Positions 37,761 through 47,913 of a DNA stretch of 64,000 nt are shown here, piece after piece (position 1 is the first letter of the stretch; every line of letters starts with the position of its first letter). A program made the position numbers and the translations under genes. The notes under the pieces are model-generated. The model saw only the letters and a program-made list of their open reading frames with translations. It ran no database searches and had not been told where the DNA came from. This DNA is from an uncultured Candidatus Peribacteria bacterium (GTDB lineage: Bacteria > Patescibacteriota > Gracilibacteria > BD1-5 > JAGOOR01). The stretch lies in NCBI GenBank assembly GCA_965231115.1, contig OZ246415.1, positions 883,621-947,620 on the forward strand, given 5' to 3'.

Positions 37761-38666
37761 TTATTTTTTCAGAACGGGGTAATGCGTACCGTGATATGCA
37801 TTCTTATTTTCTACAAGCCAAGATGTTCTATTCGGAGAAGTTTTTTCGTAGTATGTGAGAAGCCGGGAGATGAATTCATGTTCCTGCGGACTCGTTGGTT
37901 CCATCTTTCTCGTAACTGGATTAAATACCTCTGGAACGGAAAAATCTATTGTCCGACCAAACTCATGAGGAGAAATAGTTTTTGTTGCTTGAAAATTACT
38001 TCATCGAAGTTTTGCCTGGTATTCTTCTGATCGTACAAGACCTCCCACTTTGAGCATTTTTCCTGTTTTTGCATAAAAGACCTTGGCGACGAATTTATTA
38101 AATCGTTCATACGCATCAGGATGTATCAGGTTATACCAAAAACGGTTCTTCATATCGAGATCCCCAGCAAGTTGAATGGCAAAATATCTCCCCTCTTCAA
38201 TAGATGGGAGAGGGATTAGTTTTCCAGCTGCGAAAGCCTGCTGAATCTCTTCGATAGTATCAAATGGCTTCAATCAAAATGATTGAAGCTTTGCAACCTC
38301 ATCAGAAGCCTTCCCTCCCCCATTTAGTGCCATTAATTGAGCCTTTCGTTCGTTGAGTGTGATTTTCTCAACTCTTTCGAGAAATTTTCCATCCAGAGGT
38401 TCCGCTGTGGGCAAAACATCAAATTGGTTATTTGGGAGTGGATAGGGATTATACGGAATAGCTTCTGGTGCTTCTGGAGAAGCTCATATGGAAGATGATG
38501 GTATTTGTTGAGGTGCGTCATCATGAGCTGGAATTGGTTGCTCATCACAAGCAGTCAAGACGCTGAGTGCGGCAGTAGAAAACAAACCCCTCAACATCAG
38601 CCTACGAGTAGGTGACAGAGGGGTGTGCGAATGGTGATTATTCGAGTTCATAAGTATATTATACAA
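37761..38666 (-). CDS. lipoprotein, peptidase M15 (VanY/LD-carboxypeptidase)-like
   Basis: Signal with RR and lipobox (RRLMLRGLFSTAALSVLTAC). Track ORFs 38484.. and 38001.. are in frame through TGA. SPHEFGRTIDFS resembles the M15 SxHxxGxAxD zinc motif. Confidence 0.5.
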
Positions 38667-38689
38667 TATAAATATGAATATATCAAGTA

Positions 38690-40189
38690 CTACTCGCCTC
38701 CTTTGACAAAGGTGTATGCAGTACCCTGTTTTCCGGCTCGCGCTGTACGACCGATACGGTGAACATAATCTTCACGAGTCGCTGGTTCATCGAAATTGAT
38801 GACATGCGTGACATCAGGAATATCGAGACCTCGAGCCGCTACATCAGTAGCGATAAGGATTTTTATTTTATTCGTGCGGAAGTTGTTGGTAATTCTCTGA
38901 CGGAGATTCTGAGATTTATCACCATGGAGAGCATCGACAGGCGCCCCGAGATCACGGAGATCATCAGAAACTCGGTCTGCCTCTCGCTTTGTACGAGTAA
39001 AGATGAGATACTTCCCTTCTTTATCCTTTTGGAGGAGATCATGAAGTTTCTGTTTTTTGTTTATCCCTGTCGTATAAAATACTACTTCTTGTGCGACACG
39101 AGAACCAACTGGTTCTGATTTGATCGTTACTTGAGTAGGGTTTTTGAGAAATGAATGAACATGACGCTCGATATCACGAGACATCGTCGCAGAGAAAAGC
39201 ACTGTCTGCTTATCTTCTGGGAGCATAGCCATGATTTCCTTGATATCATTGATGAAACCCATGTCGAGCATACGGTCAAACTCATCGAGGACGATGTGTC
39301 CATAATCAGAGAAATCAATCACGCCACGATCATAGAGATCCTTGAGACGACCTGGAGTCGCGACGATACAGTGAACACCACGCTTTATATCCATTATCTG
39401 ATTACGAGCATTAGCACCACCGACGACAACCGTCGAACGGAGGAAAGTCCCCTGTGTTATCCAACGAAATTCTGTCTGTACCTGATCCGCGAGTTCACGC
39501 GTTGGGACCATGACAAGGAGACGTTTTTTTACACCAGCGAGCATACGATGCACGATAGGGATGAGAAACGCTGCTGTCTTACCAGAACCAGTATTTGCGA
39601 GACCGAGCATATCAGAACCGTCCATGATGGCCTGAAGAGTCTTTTCCTGGATTTCTGTAGGCTTTTCATAGCCTTTTTTATCAATATTTTTGATAACATG
39701 CTCATCAAGAGCGAAATCATGGAATTTCTTTGTCACTTCGTACGGAGTGAATTTGAGCTCACCCGAATCGTCTGTCGGTGTAAACATATACTGTTTATAG
39801 CTTGGCTGCGGAGGCATACGACGACCGCCTGAGCGACCACCACCACCGAAACCACCACGCCCTCCAAATGAAGGCTTCCCTCCAAATGACGAACCACGAC
39901 CGCCGAAACTTGGACGACCACCAGATGATGGACGACCACCACCGAAACCACCACGTGCAGGGGCACCAAAAGTCTTGCGTTCACCACCAAAGGCAGGACG
40001 CTCACTTCGTGCACCATCACGACTTGGTGCATGACCAGGGCCGAAGCCTTTTTGTTCAGCACCACGACCACCCGAAAAGCCTCCGGATCTCGGAGCTCGC
40101 TCTTCGCGATTGTACTTCCCACGTGCACCTCGACTACCGGTAGGTTTACCAGTTTCAAAATCCTCTAACCGCTTCGAAAAATCGAACAT
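38690..40189 (-). CDS. DEAD-box RNA helicase with N-terminal Gly/Arg-rich region
   Basis: Uninterrupted 499-aa ORF with AxTGSGKT, PTRELA, LDEFD (DEAD variant), SAT and HRIGRTARAG motifs. About 125 N-terminal residues are GGR/FGG repeats. Confidence 0.85.
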   Translation of the reverse strand: MFDFSKRLEDFETGKPTGSRGARGKYNREERAPRSGGFSGGRGAEQKGFGPGHAPSRDGARSERPAFGGERKTFGAPARGGFGGGRPSSGGRPSFGGRGSSFGGKPSFGGRGGFGGGGRSGGRRMPPQPSYKQYMFTPTDDSGELKFTPYEVTKKFHDFALDEHVIKNIDKKGYEKPTEIQEKTLQAIMDGSDMLGLANTGSGKTAAFLIPIVHRMLAGVKKRLLVMVPTRELADQVQTEFRWITQGTFLRSTVVVGGANARNQIMDIKRGVHCIVATPGRLKDLYDRGVIDFSDYGHIVLDEFDRMLDMGFINDIKEIMAMLPEDKQTVLFSATMSRDIERHVHSFLKNPTQVTIKSEPVGSRVAQEVVFYTTGINKKQKLHDLLQKDKEGKYLIFTRTKREADRVSDDLRDLGAPVDALHGDKSQNLRQRITNNFRTNKIKILIATDVAARGLDIPDVTHVINFDEPATREDYVHRIGRTARAGKQGTAYTFVKGGE

Positions 40190-40373
40190 ACTAAAAAAGA
40201 AAAAAATAGAACCGCGTGAGGCTGGTCCTATTTAATTTTTCAATTGGTTTGAAGGAAAGAACTCTGCTCAGGCGAAGGACACTGTTGTGTATTGATAGAC
40301 TCTCTTAATTAAAACCAAATCTGGGATCTCACTGTAAAAGAATTTATCTGAATTTGTAACGTGTACTTCTCGC

Positions 40374-40400
40374 ATTATACAGAAAATATTTTTTTGACAA
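40374..40400 (-). promoter_or_regulatory. putative promoter of the helicase gene (long leader)
   Basis: Minus strand reads TTGTCA-15 nt-(TG)TATAAT, about 175 nt upstream of ATG 40189. Confidence 0.35.
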
Positions 40401-40450
40401 GTTTATTTTTTATTTCCGTATAAATTTTATGTATAAATATGGTTTAGACA

Positions 40451-40477
40451 TAAAAAATGACCCTCCTGTGGGGTCAT
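40451..40477 (-). terminator. hairpin terminator downstream of the low-GC operon
   Basis: atgaccc / gggtcat stem with a 7-nt loop and a T-run on the minus strand. Confidence 0.5.
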
Positions 40478-40574
40478 ACTATAATGGAATAAATAGTTAT
40501 TGGTTGACCTAAAGGTCTAGAACCATTTGGTGATCAGAAATGGGACAAATGGCACACCTAAAAAGGTCATTATC

Positions 40575-41537
40575 TTATCAATTAATTATGGGCTCAATGA
40601 CAGATGTTAATATATATCAGTATTCTCAATCTATACCTCATTTTCTTACCCATTTCTTTGTTCATACCAATAGAAGAAAAAAATTAATCCACTCCGTGTT
40701 AATTTTATATCAAGTCACATTTTCATACTCGTGGATTAATGTTTCTAAGACTCCATTTTCTCTAAGAGAAGGATTCCAAGTAATCATGAGAGCAAGCTCT
40801 TCTTCTGGAAATCACCACCGTATTGTTCACCCAAAATCTATAAGTCGAGAAACATCTCAATTAAACAAAACATTTCATTGATGAATATCTCCATGTAAAA
40901 GCCTTACATCTTTTGATTTTTTTTCTGGCAAATTTTTATATATTTGTGCTAATTTTAATAAAATTAAATCTATTAGATTTCATGTTTTTCAGGATTTTTG
41001 CTTAATCTCTGCTGTTACATTTGTAACATAATCATCTAAATTATTATGCGGACCTATACCCTGAGTATTTAAATAGGCATATCCTGGTGGTTTATCTTGC
41101 ACTACATTGTGGACTTGAGCAATATTTGTTCATAGACTTACTAACTGTAGTTTTCCTGGAACGTAATCGTCTCACATTGATTTCCATGTCTTGCCTTCAA
41201 CAAGGTCTTGTAGTACCCAATAATAGATCCGCTGATCATTTTCATAAACACCCATTGAGTATATATGCGGGATTAATCATGGATATTTATTTTGTATAAA
41301 TAATTCTAATTCTGTTTCTTTATGCATTCTCTCTGTCAATGAAATTTTAAGTGCAAATTTTATTCCATTAATATCTACTTCTACACAACTTCTATTTCTT
41401 CCAGATCATATAAACCGCCAATTAATTCAATTTATTCACATAATACCATCAACTCTTGACTGCATATTTGATCATAGAGTGACACTATTAACTATGTTGA
41501 TAATTTCTCCAGAAAATACCGGATCTAAAACCTCCAT
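40575..41537 (-). CDS. aminoglycoside/choline-kinase-like phosphotransferase (APH family)
   Basis: Codon-by-codon check: open from ATG 41537 to TAA (plus tta 40575-40577) with 19 in-frame TGA. LLHGDIHQ-G-NVLFN-G-DVSRLIDFGG catalytic/DFG-like motif. Confidence 0.65.
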
Positions 41538-41568
41538 AATGTTGTAAATTAATTATCTAAGTATTTTT

Positions 41569-42693
41569 CTATTTGTTGATTGATAGTCTTGATTGTGAAT
41601 TAATAGAGGATCATAGTTGATAAATCCTGTCATGTACATCATCAATAGACGTAGCATCCCTAAATTTTACAAAAAAATCAACAGTCTTATATCATGTGGG
41701 AGTAGAATAAAGCTCTCTTATATCAAATCACAAATTATGAAATAACCCCATAGCATTTTTTAGAGTGCCACTTTTTTGAGGAATTTTGATCAATCACGTA
41801 AATTCAGAGTTATTTTCGTTAGAGGACAATAATTTAAATCAAAAATTAAGAGGGTCTAAATCTTCTAAATCATTATCGTAATGATCCCGTTTTTTAGTAT
41901 ATGTATAAATAAATTCCATTTCATCGATTCATTTTTTTATGGAAACAATTCCTAGTATACTTATACCAGACTCATGCAATTCTGTTAATTTCTGATGCAG
42001 GGATCATGGTACATCTGGAATATTCATTATTTCACAATTCAATTCATCTGACAAGGCTCATGATGGGACAATATCTTCTGGATATTCAGAGTTATTTGCC
42101 CCCATTAGTAAGAAATATGTAAAATTATTTCTAGGTCAAAATTCCCTCGATAATATATCAACAGACTCATCGTCAATACTCGGGATGTATTGATGTGGAG
42201 CAATCGCTCATGCATATGAATCTAATTTAGGAGAGTTTTTTTGAGCATGAATATGTTCGATAGCTCAAGATGTTGAACCAGTATTAATATGATTTAGTTT
42301 TTTTCAGAACATAGCAACTTGTGAATCTGATGTTTGGTAAAAAGACTGCACGTGTGTTCACAGGTCATGAATATTTCAAATAGGAGTTCATTTTTTACAA
42401 ACAAGCCAATATTCAATTTTCATCTTAGTTACTGCAAGTATTTTTAGTTGAGACATAGAATTACCAATTCCCTCAAGTGTATCTTTTACAGACGATCAAA
42501 AAACATTATAAAATGGAATTAAAGCCAATCAGTTTGGAGTTTCAGAGTTCAATAAGGACTCAACTGCAAGCTTATTGGAAGAGCATAATTGATAGCATGA
42601 CTTTTTATCCAATCATAAATCATTAGCATGTTGAACAGTATTTGTGGCTCTAGAAGGAGTGCCTGGATTACCAAGCAAGAAAAGTTTGTGCAT
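41569..42693 (-). CDS. divergent prephenate dehydratase-like protein (PDT plus ACT domains)
   Basis: Codon-by-codon check: open from ATG 42693 to TAG (plus cta 41569-41571) with 18 in-frame TGA. FLLGNPGTPS, LIPFYNVFGSSV, NNFTYFLL (TRF-motif position). ACT-like IPQKSGTLKNAMGLFHNLGFDIRELYSTPT..VDFFV. Confidence 0.55.
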
Positions 42694-42698
42694 AAAAA

Positions 42699-43394
42699 TT
42701 AGGTAGAAGAAATTACGCGTTCGGCTGTAGCTTTAGCTAAAATGCTCATGGTGTCAAAAAGTGAAAATTCATAAAAGTTTGTGCATATAAGCTGTAAATC
42801 AGTACAAGCCAGAAGTACATCTTTTACTTGTTTACTTCTCATGGTTTCAACTATTTCATGTATAACTTGTTGGTTATTTTGAGAAGAAATATTATTTACG
42901 ATATTATATATAACTAAATCTAGCTTTGATTGCAAATCTGGATCAATTTTTACAATATTGATAGATTTTTGGAGTAGTGGCAATTCATACAGTTGATATT
43001 TTGAAGTAGCAGTTGTAGAGAGTAATCAAATCAATGTAATTCAAATTGCAGCAAGATAGTTTACAGTTTCATCTATAATACTCACAACAGGTATGGAAAC
43101 AGCTCTACGTATTTGCTCAATTAATACATGAACTGAATTACAAGGGATTACAATAAAATCTGCTCCACCTTTTTCCAAATTTTTCGCTCCTTCTATCAAG
43201 TAAGGCAAATATTCAGTTATTCATTCACCTGTTAAAAGAAAATTTTTCTCTAAATCAAGTGGCAATGCCGTATTCCATATAAGTATTGGAGGTCTAGTAT
43301 CAATCTTATTTTGTGAAAAAATATTAATTAATTCTAAATAAAATTTAGCAGTTGTATCTGGTCAAAGTCATCAAAGGACGCCTATAGTTTTCAT
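42699..43394 (-). CDS. aspartate/glutamate-type amino acid racemase
   Basis: MKTIGVL-G-GL-G-PDTTAKFY N-terminus. Two catalytic Cys contexts, VIPCNSVH and LLACTDL. In frame with track ORF 42699..42983. Confidence 0.7.
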
Positions 43395-43397
43395 AAA

Positions 43398-45941
43398 TTA
43401 TTTAATAATAAATTGGATAAATTTTCATTTTCCGTATTTCAAAACAACTTTGTCTCAAACTTTGAAATCAAACACAGTATTCATGCCTGTAATCTTTTCG
43501 TTATTCACCGATATTGCTCATCATTGAACCCTTCTCCGTATTTCAGATCCAGAAAGAGATACATTATTTTCTTTCACAAGAGATAATAAGCTCATAACAT
43601 TAAATCATTCCTCTAAATAAGTTATCTCCATAGTTACAATATCGCTAGGAGCCTGTTTTTTAGAAAAGACTTGCTCAAATTCTCTCTCTGCAGATTTAAC
43701 CATATCATCTTCATAAAAAAGACCAAGTATGCATCTAGCCAGCATTTTTTTAACGAGAATAGGGTTAATTAATCACGATTTAACAGCTTTTTCAATGAAT
43801 TCTACTTCATCCTCCGAGGTGGAAACAACATAAGAAAAATAAGTTAACATCTGCTCATCGTTCATGGACATTATTTTTCAATAGTCCTTATCAACTTTGT
43901 GTTGTAAGTTTTCTTCTGGCTTCATGCCAACAAAGTTATTGTATGTTTTACTCATCTTTAGCCCATCAAACCCATTAAGTAGGGGTGTCGTAATAACTGC
44001 TTGGGCAGATTGTCCCTGACTAGCTTGTAAATCCCTTCATCTATAGAGATTAAACAATTGATCTTGCCCTCCGAGTTCCACATCTGAATTTAAAACTACC
44101 GAGTCCCATCATTGAAGCAAAGGGTAGATAAATTCTCAAATAGCTATTGAGCCGCCATCTTTCATTCTTTCTTTGAATTGTTCTTTTTGAAGCATTTGTC
44201 CGATTTTTCATTTCATCGCTAGGCCTAGTAAATCTGCTGCAGTCCAAGTTCCATACCAGTCCTTGTTATATACTATTTTTGCAGAACCTGAGTCTAGATC
44301 AATAACTTTACGAACTTGAAGAATATAGGTCTCAATATTTTTGTTAATTTGTTCCTCACTCAACACCTCTCTTGTGCTTTTTTTATCGGGATCACCTATT
44401 GTGGCGGTAAAAGTACCGATTAAAAAACGAATTTCATGTCAAAGTGCTTGGAAAAGGTGTAATTTTTTTAATGGAATTAAGTGACCAATATGTATTTCAT
44501 CTCATGTCGGGTCTATTCACAACTTAATAATTAATTTTTTTCAGGCTTTTATCTTTTGAGCTAATTCTGACTCCCCTATAAAATCAGCAGTACCTCTTTT
44601 GATAAGCTCAATTTGCCCCTCGGGAGTAGATTTCTTAACATCAAAATCATGTGGCAAAAACCTTCTTCACTTTATCTCATGCTCTATATTCTCCAGCTCC
44701 CCGGAGATATTTATTTCATCCATTTTTAAGTGCTTATATTTTCATGTGTGCGATGCCGCTACAGATGGCTCACTATTTCTTTCTAAATTCAAATCTGTAT
44801 TCATACTTCAGAGAAGATCTTTCTTTTCTAATCAAGTAATTTTTAGGTTTACATCACTCACAAAATGTAGATATTCCTCTGGAGAAATATTACAAATTTT
44901 ACAAATTTGTTCAAGTTGAACCTGTCTATCTTTAGAAAATCTATCAAATGCTTGAGGTGAAACACCTTGTCTTTCAAATAATATATCTCATTTTGGATCC
45001 TCATAGTACGGAGGTTTCAAATACATATCCGATGTTAAATGGACATGATTAGGATTTCGTGCTTGTCAAAGCAATGTTGTTCTAATTAGTACTCGAAGAT
45101 GATTAAAATTTCTCTCAGCTTTTCATCATAATGAGATATAGTAAGGATTATCGTATTGGTGATGTGCTTTATTTATGCCTTTATCATGAAATAAGTCCTG
45201 TAATCAGTAAATGTGACTTACTGCATATTTTAACGCATTTTTTTTACCTTCTTCTCATCCATGTTTTTCTCACATTTTCCTAAATACTGCAATTAAGTTT
45301 TGTACTTCTTGTTCATTCATTGAGTTTAAATTTTGCTCAATTTGATCAATTTGCTCCTTAACTTCATCATCCATCAAAAGGTAATCAAAATCAACTATAT
45401 CAACAAGATCAGGAAAATACTTTTTTATAAAACTCTTTAAAATAAATATAGTTTTTAAGCTTTGTATTTGAGTTTTTTCTGCATCGTATCCATTAAATTC
45501 TATCGCTTCAGACATTCATAAATGGATTCTTAGTCTTGAGGAGCAATTCGGATGGTGTTTATTAATAGTAGTATGAACATGTCGCAAGTATCCTAGTCAT
45601 CCTAGAATATAGCTTGGTAAAACTATGCTTGTAGAACTTTGAATTCCTCAAATACCCACATTCATAATAGTATTGACTTGTTTTCATTGAATAACATCCC
45701 TCGATAAATTAAATAAATCAGGAATAGTCGCTTCAGATATGTGTGTATAATTCAAACCATGGCCTATTCTAATCAAATCTAGAAATATATTCCTATGCGC
45801 CAAAGATTCAAATTCCAATCAATCATATGCAAGGTTATCTTTAGTAGGATCCTCAAGTATTCTCAAGACACGACCATGCGTTAAGGTTGGATTTTCATGA
45901 ATACTTTTTCATGAGCTTGTCGTTTCTTGTAAACTAAGCAT
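43398..45941 (-). CDS. tyrS: tyrosyl-tRNA synthetase fused to an unassigned N-terminal extension of about 435 aa (847 aa)
   Basis: Whole ORF checked codon by codon: no TAA/TAG between ATG 45941 and TAA (plus tta 43398-43400), with 32 in-frame TGA. HIGH motif (EIHIGHLIPL) at about residue 483. ELGGQDQ, YPLLQ-G-WD, KMSKT and an S4-like C-terminus SGSEIRRRVQGGAISVNNEKI. A TAA lies two codons upstream of the ATG. Confidence 0.75.
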
Positions 45942-46027
45942 AAGGAATTATTTAAAATAAAACATGAGAATAATATTGAAAGAATAAAAGAAAAAAACTG
46001 AATTTATATGAAATAAATAATAATAAA

Positions 46028-46057
46028 ATTATTGATATATTGAATATTATCAATAAT
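46028..46057. promoter_or_regulatory. perfect 10-bp inverted repeat (candidate operator) in a divergent intergenic region
   Basis: attattgata (46028-46037) and tatcaataat (46048-46057), separated by the near-palindromic spacer tattgaatat. Lies between ATG 45941 (minus) and ATG 46086 (plus). Confidence 0.4.
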
Positions 46058-46085
46058 ATTTTTCATATTGTTTCATTTTATTCCT

Positions 46086-47831
46086 ATGAATACAGCCGAG
46101 TTACAAGAATTACATCCAGAAGAATATAGAGACTTCTTCTCTCATAATATGATGGTTTTTTCCCTACCCTTTTGTATGGTATGGATGGGGAGCTCAGATG
46201 AAACAAGCGTAATACACATAAAACAATCTATACCTCTCAGAATTTTTATATGAATACGAAAAGTCAGTTCCCCCTGAATCCATCTCAAAAATTTTCGGTC
46301 ATATTCACATTTTCGAGAAAAATTTTTTACTCGTAAAATGCCTGATTATCTCCCTCCAGCAGATATGTATATCAGACAATTGCTGAAGGAAATGCCAATA
46401 AATGAAGGAATAGAGTTATCAATACTTTCCGAATGCTGAAGAACTTTAGGCTTTGGTACACATACGCTAGTGTTATTTAGTATTTTTCTAGCACGAAAAT
46501 GGCTCGATGATGATAGTATTTTTCAAAAAATGAGTGAAGAATCTATAAAAGCACCTCATGAAGCTATCTGACCAAATACATTTTTATATGAATTGCTCAT
46601 AGAACATCAAAAAATCCTAAAAAAAATACAGCAAGATTCAGGTTTCATGATTCTCGCAACTTGCCTCCTTGGCTGAGCCTACCCTATTGTCTCATACACA
46701 TCAGCTAGAAAAGATACATATAATATTTTTGCTTTTTCTCTTAAAGATTTTCTGGGTGAACATGCACCTGAGTATCCTCATTGTAGCTATGAGCAATCTA
46801 TTTATTTTCCTGGACTCCCATATCTCTATGAGAACTATATAAGATCCAACAATCCAGACAAAATTAATATCGATACACCAAGAAAAATAATACATGAAGT
46901 TACGGCTAAGCGCCATAAGAATTATACCGAAGAACAAATCCCTGATTTTCTATGTTCTTCATCGGACCTATCTCATGAAAATTTCACAAATATACTCATG
47001 AGGCTCAAGACCTATAAAAGTATTCAAATATTCCAAGCAATGATACAGGCACATAAACATGAATGATCTCAGAAAAGCTCACTTGAATTGATAACATTAT
47101 TAGAACAAAGGATCTCTCTAGATACCCTAAAAACCAATGTTGATGAAGATATGAAACAATGTTATCATGATATTTGGGAAAAATTTCATAATAAATCCCA
47201 TCCTGCCATTTTCCCAAATATTACACTTTGAAGTTGAGGCTGTTTTAACATTATCAGCCCTCCGATTGTTCATCAAGATATTATGCGTGAGTTACCAACT
47301 TCAATGAGAGATAATTATCCCGATGGGGTAACTGTTTATAGGAGTTGGAAAGATGGTTTGGAGTTAAATGGTTTTACATTAGAACAAAATATAAGTCAAA
47401 AACATTATCATAAGCTCACAGAAAGGAATATCGGCTTATGTACCGTCTCTAACGAAGTATATGTTATACCTCAGAGTGGTTTAGAAGCGTTTTCTAAGGG
47501 AAAAGTTATTTTTGATCTTTCAAATCAGAAAATATATGCCGACTGACATACAGTAACAAGTGCACAAATACCGTCACAGAAGGCTACAATTGAGATAATT
47601 AAGCTTCTTCTTGATGCACCAAATAACATTCTCAAAAATTCGGAACTTCCACGATCAGTCTATAGCAGTATGAAGAGCGAAATGAATTGAAAAATAATCA
47701 GCCCGATTAATAAAATTTGTCACGAGGTTACTGGTGAATTATTCCCTCTTTTACTTGAAGGCAGTCTCAGTAAATTTACACTACAACTTACACTACAACA
47801 AGATAAATATCTTGGTTTTTTTACTCGTTAA
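46086..47831 (+). CDS. fusion protein: GHMP-kinase-like N-terminal region plus OmpR/PhoB-type winged-helix DNA-binding C-terminus (581 aa)
   Basis: Codon-by-codon check: open from ATG 46086 to TAA 47829 with 10 in-frame TGA. FSLPFCMVWMGSSDET (GHMP motif I-like), SEC-G-RTLGFGTHT (motif II-like). C-terminal VIFDLSNQKIYADGHTVTSAQIPSQKATIEIIKLLL..ILKNSEL..KIISPINKI resembles Trans_reg_C. Confidence 0.5.
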
Positions 47832-47913
47832 CATCAATCGTTTTCTCGGAAATAATCTCCACACCTTTTTGCCTGGTTCAGAATATAATCTGTATACAGT
47901 GTCTTAAAAAGAA

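Larger units (their letters stand above)
40478..47850. other. low-GC, TGA-dense block (five genes)
   Basis: Hand counts of sample 60-nt lines give about 23-33% GC here, against about 40% or more in the flanks. Standard-code ORFs are nearly absent. Confidence 0.6.

Noticed and set aside
40440-40575. A direct repeat of the tRNA-Gln 3' end that would mark the far end of an island integrated at tRNA-Gln (49843-49917).
   Set aside because: Only short chance-level similarity (tggttg, gaacc) was found. In addition, GC returns to flank level by about 47.9 kb, 2 kb before the tRNA.
40540-40881. Plus-strand track ORFs 40540..40881, 41087..41299, 44599..44919 and 44651..44839, and minus-strand ORFs 46701..46937 and 47005..47217.
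   Set aside because: They lie antisense to, or out of frame with, genes that have clear conserved motifs. They are low-complexity AT-rich translations.
40900-47850. An apparent ORF desert or heavily pseudogenised region. The track shows almost no ORFs of 60 aa or longer.
   Set aside because: This is an artefact of translating with the standard code. All interruptions are TGA, and every gene here is open when TGA is read as Gly. I checked this codon by codon for 40575-41537, 41569-42693, 42699-43394, 43398-45941 and 46086-47831.
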